Positions 38,430-48,305 of a DNA stretch of 60,976 nucleotides are shown here, piece after piece; position 1 is the first letter of the stretch; each line of letters starts with the position of its first letter. The notes under the pieces were generated by a model. That model saw only the letters and a program-made list of their open reading frames with translations. It had not been told where the DNA came from and searched no databases. Origin of the DNA: a virus (taxonomy: Duplodnaviria > Caudoviricetes); the IMG/VR virus record IMGVR_UViG_3300007516_004456, positions 1 to 60,976 of that record. One strand, written 5' to 3'. The translations under genes and the position numbers were made by a program.

Positions 38430-39203
38430 ATGCAGCAACTATATCCAAGGTCCAACGCTACCTATAGAGTCTTTTTATCAGTTTTGACATATAACGGTCT
38501 TGCTGTCACTCAAAAATTCGTTAAGAAATTTTACAAGAATACTGATTCTTCTTTGGCTGTTCTCGCTATTACTGACAATGGCTCCACAGATGGCACCGGT
38601 GAGTTCCTGGACGATTTGCACGCTGAACATGATAATGTGTTGGTTACTAAGAACGACGAGAATAAGGGAGTAATAGGTGGCAGGAATCAAGGATTTGATT
38701 TATTCCTGGATTCCGATTCTGAATTATTATGTTTTCTAGATAACGATCAATTTGTTAGAGAAGGATGGCTTGAACAACATATTGCTGTTCTTGAGTCAGG
38801 ATATGGATTGGTGAGTGTTGAAGCGTGGGAGATGAGTGAGTCATTTATGCCGAGACGAAAAAATGTTAGTTTGAAACAGACATTCACTTATGTCGGTTGT
38901 GGAGGTATGTTGATTCGTAGAGAGGTTGTTGAGAAGGTTGGAAAGTTTGATGAGCAGTTTAATCCTAGTTGGTTTGAAGATCCGGACTACAATATACGAA
39001 CAAAAGATGCTGGGTTCCAGATAGGATGGAACATTTGTGCAAGGATAGACCATTTGCCACATCAAACATTGGGTAAAAGTCCAAATAAAAGGGAAATATT
39101 TTTACGAAGCTATAGCAGATTTAAGGAAAAGTATAAAAAAAGAAGACTTCCTCGTTTAAAGCAAAGATATATAGACGTATTTGACTGCGTTAAGTCTCAT
39201 TAA
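38430..39203 (+). CDS. Glycosyltransferase family 2 (GT-A fold)
   Basis: VLTYN, TDNGSTDGT, GGRNQG, FLDND (DxD), GCGGMLIRREV, FDEQF, EDPDY. Confidence 0.9.
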   Translation: MQQLYPRSNATYRVFLSVLTYNGLAVTQKFVKKFYKNTDSSLAVLAITDNGSTDGTGEFLDDLHAEHDNVLVTKNDENKGVIGGRNQGFDLFLDSDSELLCFLDNDQFVREGWLEQHIAVLESGYGLVSVEAWEMSESFMPRRKNVSLKQTFTYVGCGGMLIRREVVEKVGKFDEQFNPSWFEDPDYNIRTKDAGFQIGWNICARIDHLPHQTLGKSPNKREIFLRSYSRFKEKYKKRRLPRLKQRYIDVFDCVKSH

Positions 39204-39257
39204 AATGTCAAAAAATCGAATATTTTATCACAATGTAGACTTTAATGTTAAATATTT

Positions 39258-40367
39258 ATGAAACTCGCAATAGCATCTAATTTTATGTATTCGCATGTTG
39301 GTGGGTCGGAGATTGTTCTTCAAGCTATATCTGAGCGTTTGACACAATCTTATGATTATGATGTGACTTGTTTTGGTAAGAATGTCCGTAAAAAAAATGT
39401 CCACAATAATGTAAAATATGAAGGCATTCCTACTCGCTATGAGGATTTTGTGTCCGGTATCAACAAAGGTGGATTTGATCACTTATTTGTGTACAGTGAT
39501 TATTTTATATTTTGGTCTAAAATGGTCGTGCAGCCAGATGCCATTAAGTGCTCTAAGTCTATAGCGCTTGTCGGGATGAATCAAATGATAGGTAATCCCA
39601 ACTTATCTAAATTTTTTCGACGGACGCATGATGGATTTACTGTAATAACACATTCTAATAATTATTTGGACCACAAAGAATGTACTAGATTAAAAATACC
39701 AGTTAAGGTTATTCCTAATGGTGTTGATCTGAAAGAGTTTGATGACTGTGAAATTGATTTTCGAAAGAGATTTGATATTCCAGATAAACCGATATTGCTT
39801 TGTGTTTCTAACTTTTTTCCGGGTAAGGGGCAAGATCATTTATCTAATATTCTACAGTATGTAACTTCTGATTTTTATCTTGTTTTGATTTCAACGACTG
39901 TAAGTATTCCTATGGCTAAAATGCTAGCCACTCAGGTAAGACAGCAGCTTGCACAAGGGCGTATAAAGCATAAGTTTTTGCAGGACATAGGGAGAGAATC
40001 CACTGTTGCGGCATTCAAGGCAGCAGATATTTTTGTTTTTCCTTCTTTGAAAGAAGTTGCCCCATTGGTTCTAATGGAGTCTATGGCGGCTAATACTCCT
40101 TGGATATCTATGCCTGTTGGTAATGCGACAGACCTTGCCGGTGGTGTTGTGGTTCAACATCCTCGTTACGATGTTCATCGTAATATAAAATATTCAGATC
40201 AAGCACATAAAATGTTTGGCGATGAAATAGAGTCATTGTTGAATGATAGAGATAGAAGAATGCGATTAGGTTCTAATGGTAGGGTTTGTATTGAGGAGAA
40301 TCATAATTGGTACGATATCTGCAAGCAGTACCACGAGATATTTAGTCATGGCTCAACCGTTAGTTAG
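39258..40367 (+). CDS. Glycosyltransferase family 4 (GT-B fold)
   Basis: VGGSE, IPNGVD, CVSNFFPGKG, ADIFVFPSLKEVAPLVLMESMA (EX7E). Confidence 0.9.
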   Translation: MKLAIASNFMYSHVGGSEIVLQAISERLTQSYDYDVTCFGKNVRKKNVHNNVKYEGIPTRYEDFVSGINKGGFDHLFVYSDYFIFWSKMVVQPDAIKCSKSIALVGMNQMIGNPNLSKFFRRTHDGFTVITHSNNYLDHKECTRLKIPVKVIPNGVDLKEFDDCEIDFRKRFDIPDKPILLCVSNFFPGKGQDHLSNILQYVTSDFYLVLISTTVSIPMAKMLATQVRQQLAQGRIKHKFLQDIGRESTVAAFKAADIFVFPSLKEVAPLVLMESMAANTPWISMPVGNATDLAGGVVVQHPRYDVHRNIKYSDQAHKMFGDEIESLLNDRDRRMRLGSNGRVCIEENHNWYDICKQYHEIFSHGSTVS

Positions 40368-41133
40368 TGTAGTTACTACCGTTTACAATTGTGAGAAGTT
40401 TATTAAAGAGTCAATAGATTCTATAATAAGTCAATCGTTTCGGGATTTTGAGTTAATTCTTGTTAATGACGGCTCGACCGATGGAACTCGTGATATCTGT
40501 ATCTCGTATACTTCAGATAAGCGAGTTATTTTCATTGATAATGATAATAATAAAAAAATTCCAACAAGAAGAAATCAGGGTATTTCTTATGCAAAAGGTC
40601 GTTATATTGCTATTCATGATGGGGACGATGTTAGCTTGCCCTTTCGTCTTGAAAAACAGGTCAATTTGCTAGAGGGGAGTAATAGTGTTTTTTGTGTTGG
40701 ATCACATGCTATACAGATTGATCCAGAAGGGAACGAAACACACATAATGGATTATCCGCCAGAAACTCATGAGCAGATTGTGCATGATACAGTTGATAAA
40801 ACGATTAATCCGATGATTGACCCTACAACAATGTTTAATCGTAGAATTTTTAATTTTTTAGGTGGATATACCCTAGATCGTCGTTTTTGGTTGGTGCCGG
40901 ATTTTAATTTATGGATTAGAGCGTTAAAACTTGGTTTTAAATTCGCTAATATCCAAGAGCCGTTAATTAAATATCGTCACAATCCTTCCGGTAACACTTT
41001 AAAGTACAAAAGAGAGATGATTTTTCAGTTTGCTATTTTATGGAGGAAATTCGCATCCGATCATCTCCATATTATCAGAAATAAAATGGAAAGGAAAAAA
41101 CAGGGAACGGAAGGTCAAAAACTTGATTTATAG
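40348..41133 (+). CDS. Glycosyltransferase family 2
   Basis: Likely start MAQPLVSVVTTVYN (ATG 40348 rather than 40276); LVNDGSTDGT, RNQGI..AKGRYIAIHDGDD, DFNLWIR, PLIKYRH. Confidence 0.9.
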   Translation: MAQPLVSVVTTVYNCEKFIKESIDSIISQSFRDFELILVNDGSTDGTRDICISYTSDKRVIFIDNDNNKKIPTRRNQGISYAKGRYIAIHDGDDVSLPFRLEKQVNLLEGSNSVFCVGSHAIQIDPEGNETHIMDYPPETHEQIVHDTVDKTINPMIDPTTMFNRRIFNFLGGYTLDRRFWLVPDFNLWIRALKLGFKFANIQEPLIKYRHNPSGNTLKYKREMIFQFAILWRKFASDHLHIIRNKMERKKQGTEGQKLDL

Positions 41134-41173
41134 AATAGTAAGTAGCAAAATACTCGCTGCTTAGGAGTGAATT

Positions 41174-41695
41174 ATGAAGCAAATACCAACGTGGCTTGAA
41201 GCCGCGCTACATCATCTTGTTTGTCCTAATTGTAATTATAGAATGCATCCTGGTGGGGTGATATCAATTGGTATCAAAAAGATATTTGATAGTAAAAAGC
41301 AAAAACAGACGGTATTGTTTTTTCGGCATGTTTGCAGTAAGTGTCGTTATTCAGCGGAAATAGATTCTGATGAAATGTCACTTGAGGATTTTGCCTTTGA
41401 GGTACTAGACGATCTTTCTAATAACATCGATAAAGAGAATCCGCCCAATAATTTTAAGGCTGGAGATCGTAAGGCGAGAAAAAAAATAATGAGTAAAAAT
41501 TTATCTTCTTCGAAAATAACACAATATGAGGCTGATGCCTATTCAAAGATGACAGATAAGTGCAAGAACCATGAAGAGTTTATGATAAGTATTGGTCTGA
41601 CTCACCAGCAAATTATTGACTCTAATAGTAACTTGCGAAAATTTAAGCGTAAAATTTCACCGCAAACGAGTAAAAAAGATGTACAAAATCAGTGA
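41174..41695 (+). CDS. Zn-ribbon hypothetical protein (173 aa)
   Basis: AGGAG SD upstream; CPNC...CSKC. Confidence 0.7.
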   Translation: MKQIPTWLEAALHHLVCPNCNYRMHPGGVISIGIKKIFDSKKQKQTVLFFRHVCSKCRYSAEIDSDEMSLEDFAFEVLDDLSNNIDKENPPNNFKAGDRKARKKIMSKNLSSSKITQYEADAYSKMTDKCKNHEEFMISIGLTHQQIIDSNSNLRKFKRKISPQTSKKDVQNQ

Positions 41696-42692
41696 TTTTA
41701 AGATTGCCGAGATTTTTATTCGCAAAGTTTGCGATCTCAAGAATTGTGATTTTTATGATTTCGCTGTAACTGATGAAGATGTATGTCTTTGTAATGATGA
41801 TGCAATTAGTATTAGCGGGTGTGATCATATTGGACAAACTTATCTCAGAATTTTTTCTGAGTACATAAATAATATGAATACGTTATACGGACATATTATT
41901 GATAATGGGGATCAGGAAGCTATTATTAAAAGTACTGCTGTTATGATTCGTCGTATTTGTTTTTCTCCTTTAGTTTTTGGGGAGGGACAACCTGAAGAAC
42001 CTGTGGCATTGAAGCTATATCAGAAACCTTTGCCGTATCTTTTTATGAGAGATTTAGTGTGTCCTTTGTTTTCTGTTCCTCTTCAAAATGTCCGTATGAT
42101 TGCGATGAAATCTAGCACTCTTGATCCGGCTAAGTTTATACCTGAAGTGGACAGTATTGATGGAGATGGAGCTATTTTTGTCAATATGTCTATCGAAGAT
42201 TTGCCGATTCGTAATGCATTTCTTTGTATTGCATCTATGCATGCTCATGATTTAAATCCAGCAGAAGTAGTTAGGCAGCTTTATGACTCAGGTATGGCGT
42301 CAAAAATATCAGGGTTAGGAAGACTCGCTTTCCCTGATAGCAAAGATGTTGATAGTTTTGTCGGTTCATTAGCATCTTTTGCCGATTTAAGTGGTTTAGT
42401 AAAGATGAAGAAGCAAGCCCAGGTGTTCTCGCACCAGGGAACTTATGATCTTTGGTGGTATTTAGGTCTTATAGAAGGGATGCTAGAACCAGTAAGAGGT
42501 GCAGATTGGTCTACTTACGCAAGATTACACAAATATCTTGAAGATTTTTGGGAAGAAGTTGAAAAAGCCAGAGCTGATAGGGGAGGCGAACACGTACCGT
42601 TTGAAACACTATTAAGGATTAAATGGAAAGATTTCAAGACTCCCGAGAAGAAAACTCTACAATCGCTTTTATCGAATAACAGAGTTTGGTAG
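41679..42692 (+). CDS. Hypothetical protein (~337 aa)
   Basis: Long ORF; ATG at 41679 (MYKISDF) preferred over TTG at 41616 to minimise overlap; no recognisable motif. Confidence 0.7.
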   Translation: MYKISDFKIAEIFIRKVCDLKNCDFYDFAVTDEDVCLCNDDAISISGCDHIGQTYLRIFSEYINNMNTLYGHIIDNGDQEAIIKSTAVMIRRICFSPLVFGEGQPEEPVALKLYQKPLPYLFMRDLVCPLFSVPLQNVRMIAMKSSTLDPAKFIPEVDSIDGDGAIFVNMSIEDLPIRNAFLCIASMHAHDLNPAEVVRQLYDSGMASKISGLGRLAFPDSKDVDSFVGSLASFADLSGLVKMKKQAQVFSHQGTYDLWWYLGLIEGMLEPVRGADWSTYARLHKYLEDFWEEVEKARADRGGEHVPFETLLRIKWKDFKTPEKKTLQSLLSNNRVW

Positions 42693-42704
42693 TGAATCTT
42701 CTTA

Positions 42705-42732
42705 TGTTAAAATCCGATGATTAACTAGGAGG
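42705..42732 (+). promoter_or_regulatory. Extended -10-like TGnTAAAAT overlapping a third ATCCGATGAT motif, followed by an AGGAGG Shine-Dalgarno
   Basis: tgttaaaatccgatgattaactaggagg, 7 nt before the ATG at 42740. Confidence 0.5.
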
Positions 42733-42739
42733 TCTTATT

Positions 42740-42994
42740 ATGAATCAAGAAGCAACGACTCAGAATCAGCAGATAGTAGCAATAATGACGCAGGACGAAC
42801 TGGTGCAAGAATTGAAAACAATACTTGCTCGCCAGACTGGAGCGATGAATCTTTTTCGAGAAGGAAGATGGTATCATGCTCATAATCGCTTTCAAAGCGT
42901 TAAAGATAAACTAGAAGCATTAATATTGCTGATAATTCCATCTAATACCATTATTGCAGAGGATGATATTCCGGCAGACGAGGCTCAAATATAG
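42740..42994 (+). CDS. Small helical hypothetical protein (84 aa)
   Basis: Perfect AGGAGG SD and ATG start. Confidence 0.75.
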   Translation: MNQEATTQNQQIVAIMTQDELVQELKTILARQTGAMNLFREGRWYHAHNRFQSVKDKLEALILLIIPSNTIIAEDDIPADEAQI

Positions 42995-43281
42995 TGAGAA
43001 TTTTGTTAACGCCACATTGTCGTAAGATTGCCCAGTCGGTTGGGTTTGACGATAATACTTCGCGAGGATATATGAATAGTTATCCTGATGGCATTAGACA
43101 TATGTTTGATGAATTTGATGATCCTATGAAGAGGCGGAATAAGAAGCATCGAGATAAAAAGAAGAAATCCAGAAAGCGAGGACTTCCTATGCCTGATTCT
43201 ATTTCCCCTGGTAATATAGTATATCAGACAGGGTTGCGAACTCCGTCGCTTGGCGATGAAATGCCAAAATCTCCATTATAA
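42994..43281 (+). CDS. Small basic hypothetical protein (95 aa)
   Basis: GTG overlaps the upstream stop; Lys/Arg-rich stretch KRRNKKHRDKKKKSRKR. Confidence 0.6.
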   Translation: MRILLTPHCRKIAQSVGFDDNTSRGYMNSYPDGIRHMFDEFDDPMKRRNKKHRDKKKKSRKRGLPMPDSISPGNIVYQTGLRTPSLGDEMPKSPL

Positions 43282-43286
43282 AAAGC

Positions 43287-46247
43287 ATGCCTGAACAAAA
43301 TTCTATTCAGCTGCGAATAACGCATAATTCGACTTTCGTAAACGGTCGTCTCGATAAACAGGTTTATCAGTCTCTTCGCAAAGCGATTGGATATACACCA
43401 GAAACTGCACGTTGGATGCAGTTTAAGCATCCAAAGTGGGATGGTCATATTTCTTGTGTTTGCTATAGTAGAAAGTATTGTAAATGTTTTATTAAAAAAG
43501 ATGGTACTCATTTCCCTACTGGATTATTATGGAAAGCGAGAGAGATTTTTGATAACTTTAATATTTCTTATTCTATTGTTGATAGTCGTTCTACGGTAAA
43601 AAAGACAATCTCTTTTTCGATGTCGGATACGTTCGAGTTAAGAGATTACCAGCAAAAGGTTGTCGATATCGCAGTTAAAAAAGAGCGAGGTATTATTCGC
43701 ATGGCGACCGGCAGTGGAAAAACCGCTTGTTCTGCTCATATTATTGCTAAGCTTGGTGTGTCTCCTTTTATATTTTATGTACCTTCAAAAGATTTATTAT
43801 ATCAAGCTAAGAATGAGTTTGAATCTTTTTTAAGACAAAATGGATTACCAATTGAGGTAGGAATTATAGGAGGTGGGCATAAAAATATTAAACCAATCTC
43901 TGTAATGACTATTCAAACGGCGGTTAGAGTTTTAGGAACAAAATATAAAAAAGTTGACGAAGAAGATCAAGACGATGATACGGACATTGATGATATCAAA
44001 CAGGATATCAGAGATTTGATTCGTTCTTCTAAGGGCATAATTTGTGACGAAGTACAGCATTGGGCAGCAGATACATGTCAGATTATTGCTGATGCATCTG
44101 AAGAATGTCGTTATCGTTATGGGATTTCTGCAACTCCATGGCGAGATATGAATGACGATATTTTGATTGATGCGTGTTTTGGTAAAATTATTGCGGATAT
44201 TAATGCATCATTTCTGATCGATAGAGGATTTTTGGTGCCTCCTGAGATATTTTTTATTCCTGTAGGAAATATGCGAGGGATTAAATTAACTAGTTATCCA
44301 GAAGTTTATCAGACAGCAATTGCGGAAAATGATCTTCGAAATTATTGGATTGCCAATCTTGCTCAGGTAATGAAACAGAACGGGAAAACAGTTCTTGTTC
44401 TTTGTCGTCTTATTAATCATGGTAATCTATTAGAGTCTTTGATTCCTGGTAGCGTATTTTTGCATGGAAGTGTTTCTGGGAAGAAAAGGCAAGAGCATTT
44501 GCAGTTGATGAGAGAAAAAAAGGCTCCAGTAACAATCGCAACCTCTTTGCCGTTCTGCGAAGTCATTCCTGTTAGGATTAAAGGGTTTGTTCGTTTGATA
44601 CAAATTGGGCATCTGGTAGAAAACCTGCATACAATAGTGTCAGAAGGTTACGTGGAAGCATTATGTTCTTTGGACGGTAAATCTGCTATCTGGCAAAAAA
44701 TTACAGGATTACATAAACATAAGCGGATGAATACTGTAAAAAGAGTACTAACAGATTATAATGAAGAAGTTTTGGTCACTGAAAATCATTCGCTTGTTGA
44801 TTACAACAAGGATCAAGTTAAACCAACGGTAGGAGGTTTAGCTAGTTGTCCTGTTTTTAATGAGTCTATAAGTTCGTCTACACTAATTGATTCAATTGAT
44901 CTTGTTGATTTGTTATCTTCGTTAGATGATCGGTCTATAGAGGTCGAATTACTTGGCCTTACTCAACCTATAATGAGAAAGTTGCGTACGTGGAATAAAT
45001 ACTGGACTGGTAATCATGTATGCAAAAATTCACGTCTTGCTGCGGATAGATACATTAAAGACAAAGGGAATGACTATAAAATAGCAATTAAACAGCTTAT
45101 AGATCATTTTTCTTACGAAAAAGGAAAAATGCGAGCTAAATTAGTTGATCTTAAAAATTGCAAAACAATATTTGATTTTTTTGAAGCAAGGATTTTTATA
45201 AGGCGTAGTAGAAAAGGGTTTTTTCTGCCAATACGGTTGCCGGTGACACGTGATTTGGCAATTTTATCGGGGTTAATGTGTTCTGAAGGACATATAAATG
45301 AAGCGTCATGCAAGACGTGTCGATCAAGATTCGATTGGATTTTCACTGGGCTATTACATAATGTTGACTCATCTGAGGGAAAGCATGATATTGATAAGAA
45401 AAACATACGTCAGATATTTAAATCTGCTTTTTATGGTTCTATTGGTAATTTTCATTTAATTGAAAACGATAAACAGATCAAGTTTAACAGTAAGTTGATG
45501 TATTTATTATTTCAGTCAATGGGACATATTAATTTAGACAGAGAGAAAAGAGTCCCTGATTATGTTTTTAATTCTAGTAGAGAAATTCAAGAGGCTTATT
45601 TATGGGGAGTGTATTTGGGAGATGGGAGCAAAAGATTAGATTATAGACCAGGCAAAAAAAAGTCTGATATTTTTAGTGCGTTGATTATATCTAGTTCTAG
45701 TCGAGAGATGGTTAGCGGTATAGTAATGTTATTGAAAATGATGGGTAAAAAATATTATATTACATATCAGCACGCTCATGGTCGCACTAAAAAAAGATAT
45801 CAAATATGTATTGGAGATTCTATAGACAAGTTACATCCAACTCGTTTGTTAGATAAAATAGGCAGTTCTACATTTGAACGAATACAAAGCGTTGTTGAAG
45901 ATACAGATATTTTAGATGATTATGTTTATGATATCACCGTAGAAAATTCCCATAATTTTGTTGCTGGAGTTGGATGTGTTTTGTGTCATAACTCGATTTT
46001 TGATGAAGGAATTGACTGCAAACCACTTGATACGCTTATACTTGCCGGTTCAGGGAAAAGTGCGACTCGTGCTTTGCAGCGTATTGGTAGATGTTTACGT
46101 CCGTATCCCGGAAAACAGTCTGCGACTATTATTGACTTTGAAGATCGTTGCAAATTTATGTTAAAGCACAGTAATCGTCGTAAAAAGATTTATCAGACAG
46201 AGCCTCGTTTTGCGATTAAATATATGGAAATAGATCAACCTAAATGA
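43287..46247 (+). CDS. Superfamily 2 (UvsW/XPB-like) DNA helicase containing an intein (~503 aa after splicing)
   Basis: Q motif LRDYQ, motif I ATGSGKT, motif II DEVQH, motif III SAT, motif V IAT|SIFDEGID (interrupted), motif VI QRIGR. Confidence 0.9.
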   Translation: MPEQNSIQLRITHNSTFVNGRLDKQVYQSLRKAIGYTPETARWMQFKHPKWDGHISCVCYSRKYCKCFIKKDGTHFPTGLLWKAREIFDNFNISYSIVDSRSTVKKTISFSMSDTFELRDYQQKVVDIAVKKERGIIRMATGSGKTACSAHIIAKLGVSPFIFYVPSKDLLYQAKNEFESFLRQNGLPIEVGIIGGGHKNIKPISVMTIQTAVRVLGTKYKKVDEEDQDDDTDIDDIKQDIRDLIRSSKGIICDEVQHWAADTCQIIADASEECRYRYGISATPWRDMNDDILIDACFGKIIADINASFLIDRGFLVPPEIFFIPVGNMRGIKLTSYPEVYQTAIAENDLRNYWIANLAQVMKQNGKTVLVLCRLINHGNLLESLIPGSVFLHGSVSGKKRQEHLQLMREKKAPVTIATSLPFCEVIPVRIKGFVRLIQIGHLVENLHTIVSEGYVEALCSLDGKSAIWQKITGLHKHKRMNTVKRVLTDYNEEVLVTENHSLVDYNKDQVKPTVGGLASCPVFNESISSSTLIDSIDLVDLLSSLDDRSIEVELLGLTQPIMRKLRTWNKYWTGNHVCKNSRLAADRYIKDKGNDYKIAIKQLIDHFSYEKGKMRAKLVDLKNCKTIFDFFEARIFIRRSRKGFFLPIRLPVTRDLAILSGLMCSEGHINEASCKTCRSRFDWIFTGLLHNVDSSEGKHDIDKKNIRQIFKSAFYGSIGNFHLIENDKQIKFNSKLMYLLFQSMGHINLDREKRVPDYVFNSSREIQEAYLWGVYLGDGSKRLDYRPGKKKSDIFSALIISSSSREMVSGIVMLLKMMGKKYYITYQHAHGRTKKRYQICIGDSIDKLHPTRLLDKIGSSTFERIQSVVEDTDILDDYVYDITVENSHNFVAGVGCVLCHNSIFDEGIDCKPLDTLILAGSGKSATRALQRIGRCLRPYPGKQSATIIDFEDRCKFMLKHSNRRKKIYQTEPRFAIKYMEIDQPK
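44544..45992 (+). mobile_element. Intein with LAGLIDADG homing endonuclease (483 aa) in helicase motif V
   Basis: Starts with Ser (SLPFCEVIPV); block B VTENHSL; LAGLIDADG-like LSGLMCSEG and YLWGVYLGDG; block F/G YVYDITVENSHNFVAG..CHN followed by +1 Ser. Confidence 0.92.
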
Positions 46248-47365
46248 AGCCAATTCAATCTAATCATATTGATTTCGGTACTTTAAAATCAACCGATATG
46301 ATTCTTGGTCGAGCTGGTGCTGTACAACAGAAACTTGCTTCGATTGCGAATCCTTATATCGGGAATAAACGTAAGCTGTTTGTTAAGATTATCGAGATTT
46401 TGGATATACATAAAGTACCGTACTCTAGTGTGCTCGATCTTTTTGCTGGAAGTTGTTCTGTTTCATTAGGCTTTAAAAGACTAGGCAGTTCTGTTTTTTG
46501 CAATGACATAATGAATTGGTGTTGGGGGATAGGATTATCTTTGGTTGAAAATAATTCACTTTTTCCTTCAGAGAAACAGCGGCAGTTTCTTTTAGAAAAC
46601 GAAGTAGATCAATCTTACCCGATGTTTAAGATTCTGGAGACCAAATACGGTGATCGTTTTACTTCAAATGAGATAAATCGCATTGCCAATTATAGAGCCA
46701 ATGTTGATAATATTATCAATCAAATGCCTCACGGCTCTGTAGAAGGTACATATATGAATGCTTTGCTTCTTACTGGTATGTTGTTTTATATTCTAGAGAG
46801 ATGTTTTGTTGGTGGACGACTTAATAATGGACAGGTTCTTGCTAAAGTGAATCATAGAATTGCTCACGCTAGAAATGGTGGGCAAGAAATGAAATTCACG
46901 AAAATTACATATCCTGATTTTCGTATGAAAAATGGACCACTTTGTCATGCTACTCGTCTTGACGCAATTAATTTATTAACAATGAATCATCCTAAACTTG
47001 GCGAACGAGATTTAGTTTATATTGATCCTCCTTACGGGGGAGATCAAAGTGATTACGGTAAAATGTATGAATTTTGTGAAGATTATTGGATATGCGGCGA
47101 CTATTCAATGATGTCTAAGTCTCAAAAATTTATAAAAACCAAAGGGTATGCTGAGCATTTTGAAGATATCTTGATTTGTCTGGATAATTTTCCTAATTTA
47201 CTTTTTAGTTATAACGATAGTAGCTGGGCGGACATAGATAAAATCAAAGAAATAATTGGGGGATACAGAAAGGATGTTGTCGTTGAATCAGTCAATTACA
47301 AATACAACTATCGAGATCAAGAAGAAGATACGGGTGCAACTGAATATCTTATTGTTGCCAGATAG
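46244..47365 (+). CDS. Alpha-class N6-adenine DNA methyltransferase (D12/Dam-like), orphan
   Basis: PYIGNKRKL, DLFAGSCSVS (motif I) precede YIDPPY (motif IV); FSYND and EYLIV at the C-terminus. Confidence 0.88.
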   Translation: MKPIQSNHIDFGTLKSTDMILGRAGAVQQKLASIANPYIGNKRKLFVKIIEILDIHKVPYSSVLDLFAGSCSVSLGFKRLGSSVFCNDIMNWCWGIGLSLVENNSLFPSEKQRQFLLENEVDQSYPMFKILETKYGDRFTSNEINRIANYRANVDNIINQMPHGSVEGTYMNALLLTGMLFYILERCFVGGRLNNGQVLAKVNHRIAHARNGGQEMKFTKITYPDFRMKNGPLCHATRLDAINLLTMNHPKLGERDLVYIDPPYGGDQSDYGKMYEFCEDYWICGDYSMMSKSQKFIKTKGYAEHFEDILICLDNFPNLLFSYNDSSWADIDKIKEIIGGYRKDVVVESVNYKYNYRDQEEDTGATEYLIVAR

Positions 47366-47372
47366 GAAAAAT

Positions 47373-48299
47373 ATGAAAAGTGAACATCTCATTAGACAGG
47401 CTTTAATTCCAACTATAAAGAAAGACGGTTCAACTGTTCAATTTACAAAAAAGCACAAAAAGAGTGTTTCTGCGGCTCAGATTGAAAGGGAACATAATAA
47501 TTCAGGGGTTGAAATAACTGGCGAAGATAGTGCGAATAAAGTAAAATGGGGAGATCTAAATCAGAAGAAGCGACAATCCCTCAAGCCTTTATCAGAAAAT
47601 ATAAGCGAATGGAGCTTGAATGGATTTTTCCGTTATATTATGCGAAGATATGTGAAACAATTTGGACAAGGGAAACATTTAACCATTGGTAATGTTCTTG
47701 TCTTACAAAGACTAAAAGATGATTTGATTAAACAATTTGGGTTCTGCGATAATGTTTTAATGAAGAACTATATCGATTTTTTCTGGACAAATTATGCTGA
47801 TCGTGTATATCTGATGAAGGGAGAATTATATTTTAATGAGTTTCGAAGAAAAGCTATTATTACTCAGTTCTCCAGTGTTCACGATCATGCAAAAGCTATT
47901 TCTAAAATGACAACAACAACAATAACAGAGCATCCTAAGAAAAGCTCACTTTCTGTATTTTCTAAACACAATATGGATCAGACCTATTTGTTGGGTGTTC
48001 CGTCGTTGTTGATGGAATATGGGTTGATGTTGTCTGTTAATTTTCTAATGGTACAGAAAAAAATGGATCAGGAAAAATCTGTCATTCTAGTAAATAAAGC
48101 AATGGATATGATGAAGAATGAACAACATCGAACTAGAGTAGTAAGTAGAACGGTCAAATACTGGCCATTGCCAAGTAATTTTTATTTTCAAGATATAGAA
48201 TCTTTTTTGCACATTGTTAGTGAGAAAGAGTTAAAGGGATCAAAAACAGAAAATCTTGATTCTATATTCAAGGCATTTTCATTTTTAGGAGCTAAGTAA
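47373..48299 (+). CDS. Basic hypothetical protein (~308 aa), possibly replication-associated
   Basis: ATG at 47373 after AGGA, in frame with the 347-aa ORF; located in the replication cluster; no motif recognised. Confidence 0.65.
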   Translation: MKSEHLIRQALIPTIKKDGSTVQFTKKHKKSVSAAQIEREHNNSGVEITGEDSANKVKWGDLNQKKRQSLKPLSENISEWSLNGFFRYIMRRYVKQFGQGKHLTIGNVLVLQRLKDDLIKQFGFCDNVLMKNYIDFFWTNYADRVYLMKGELYFNEFRRKAIITQFSSVHDHAKAISKMTTTTITEHPKKSSLSVFSKHNMDQTYLLGVPSLLMEYGLMLSVNFLMVQKKMDQEKSVILVNKAMDMMKNEQHRTRVVSRTVKYWPLPSNFYFQDIESFLHIVSEKELKGSKTENLDSIFKAFSFLGAK

Positions 48300-48305
48300 A
48301 TAAGC

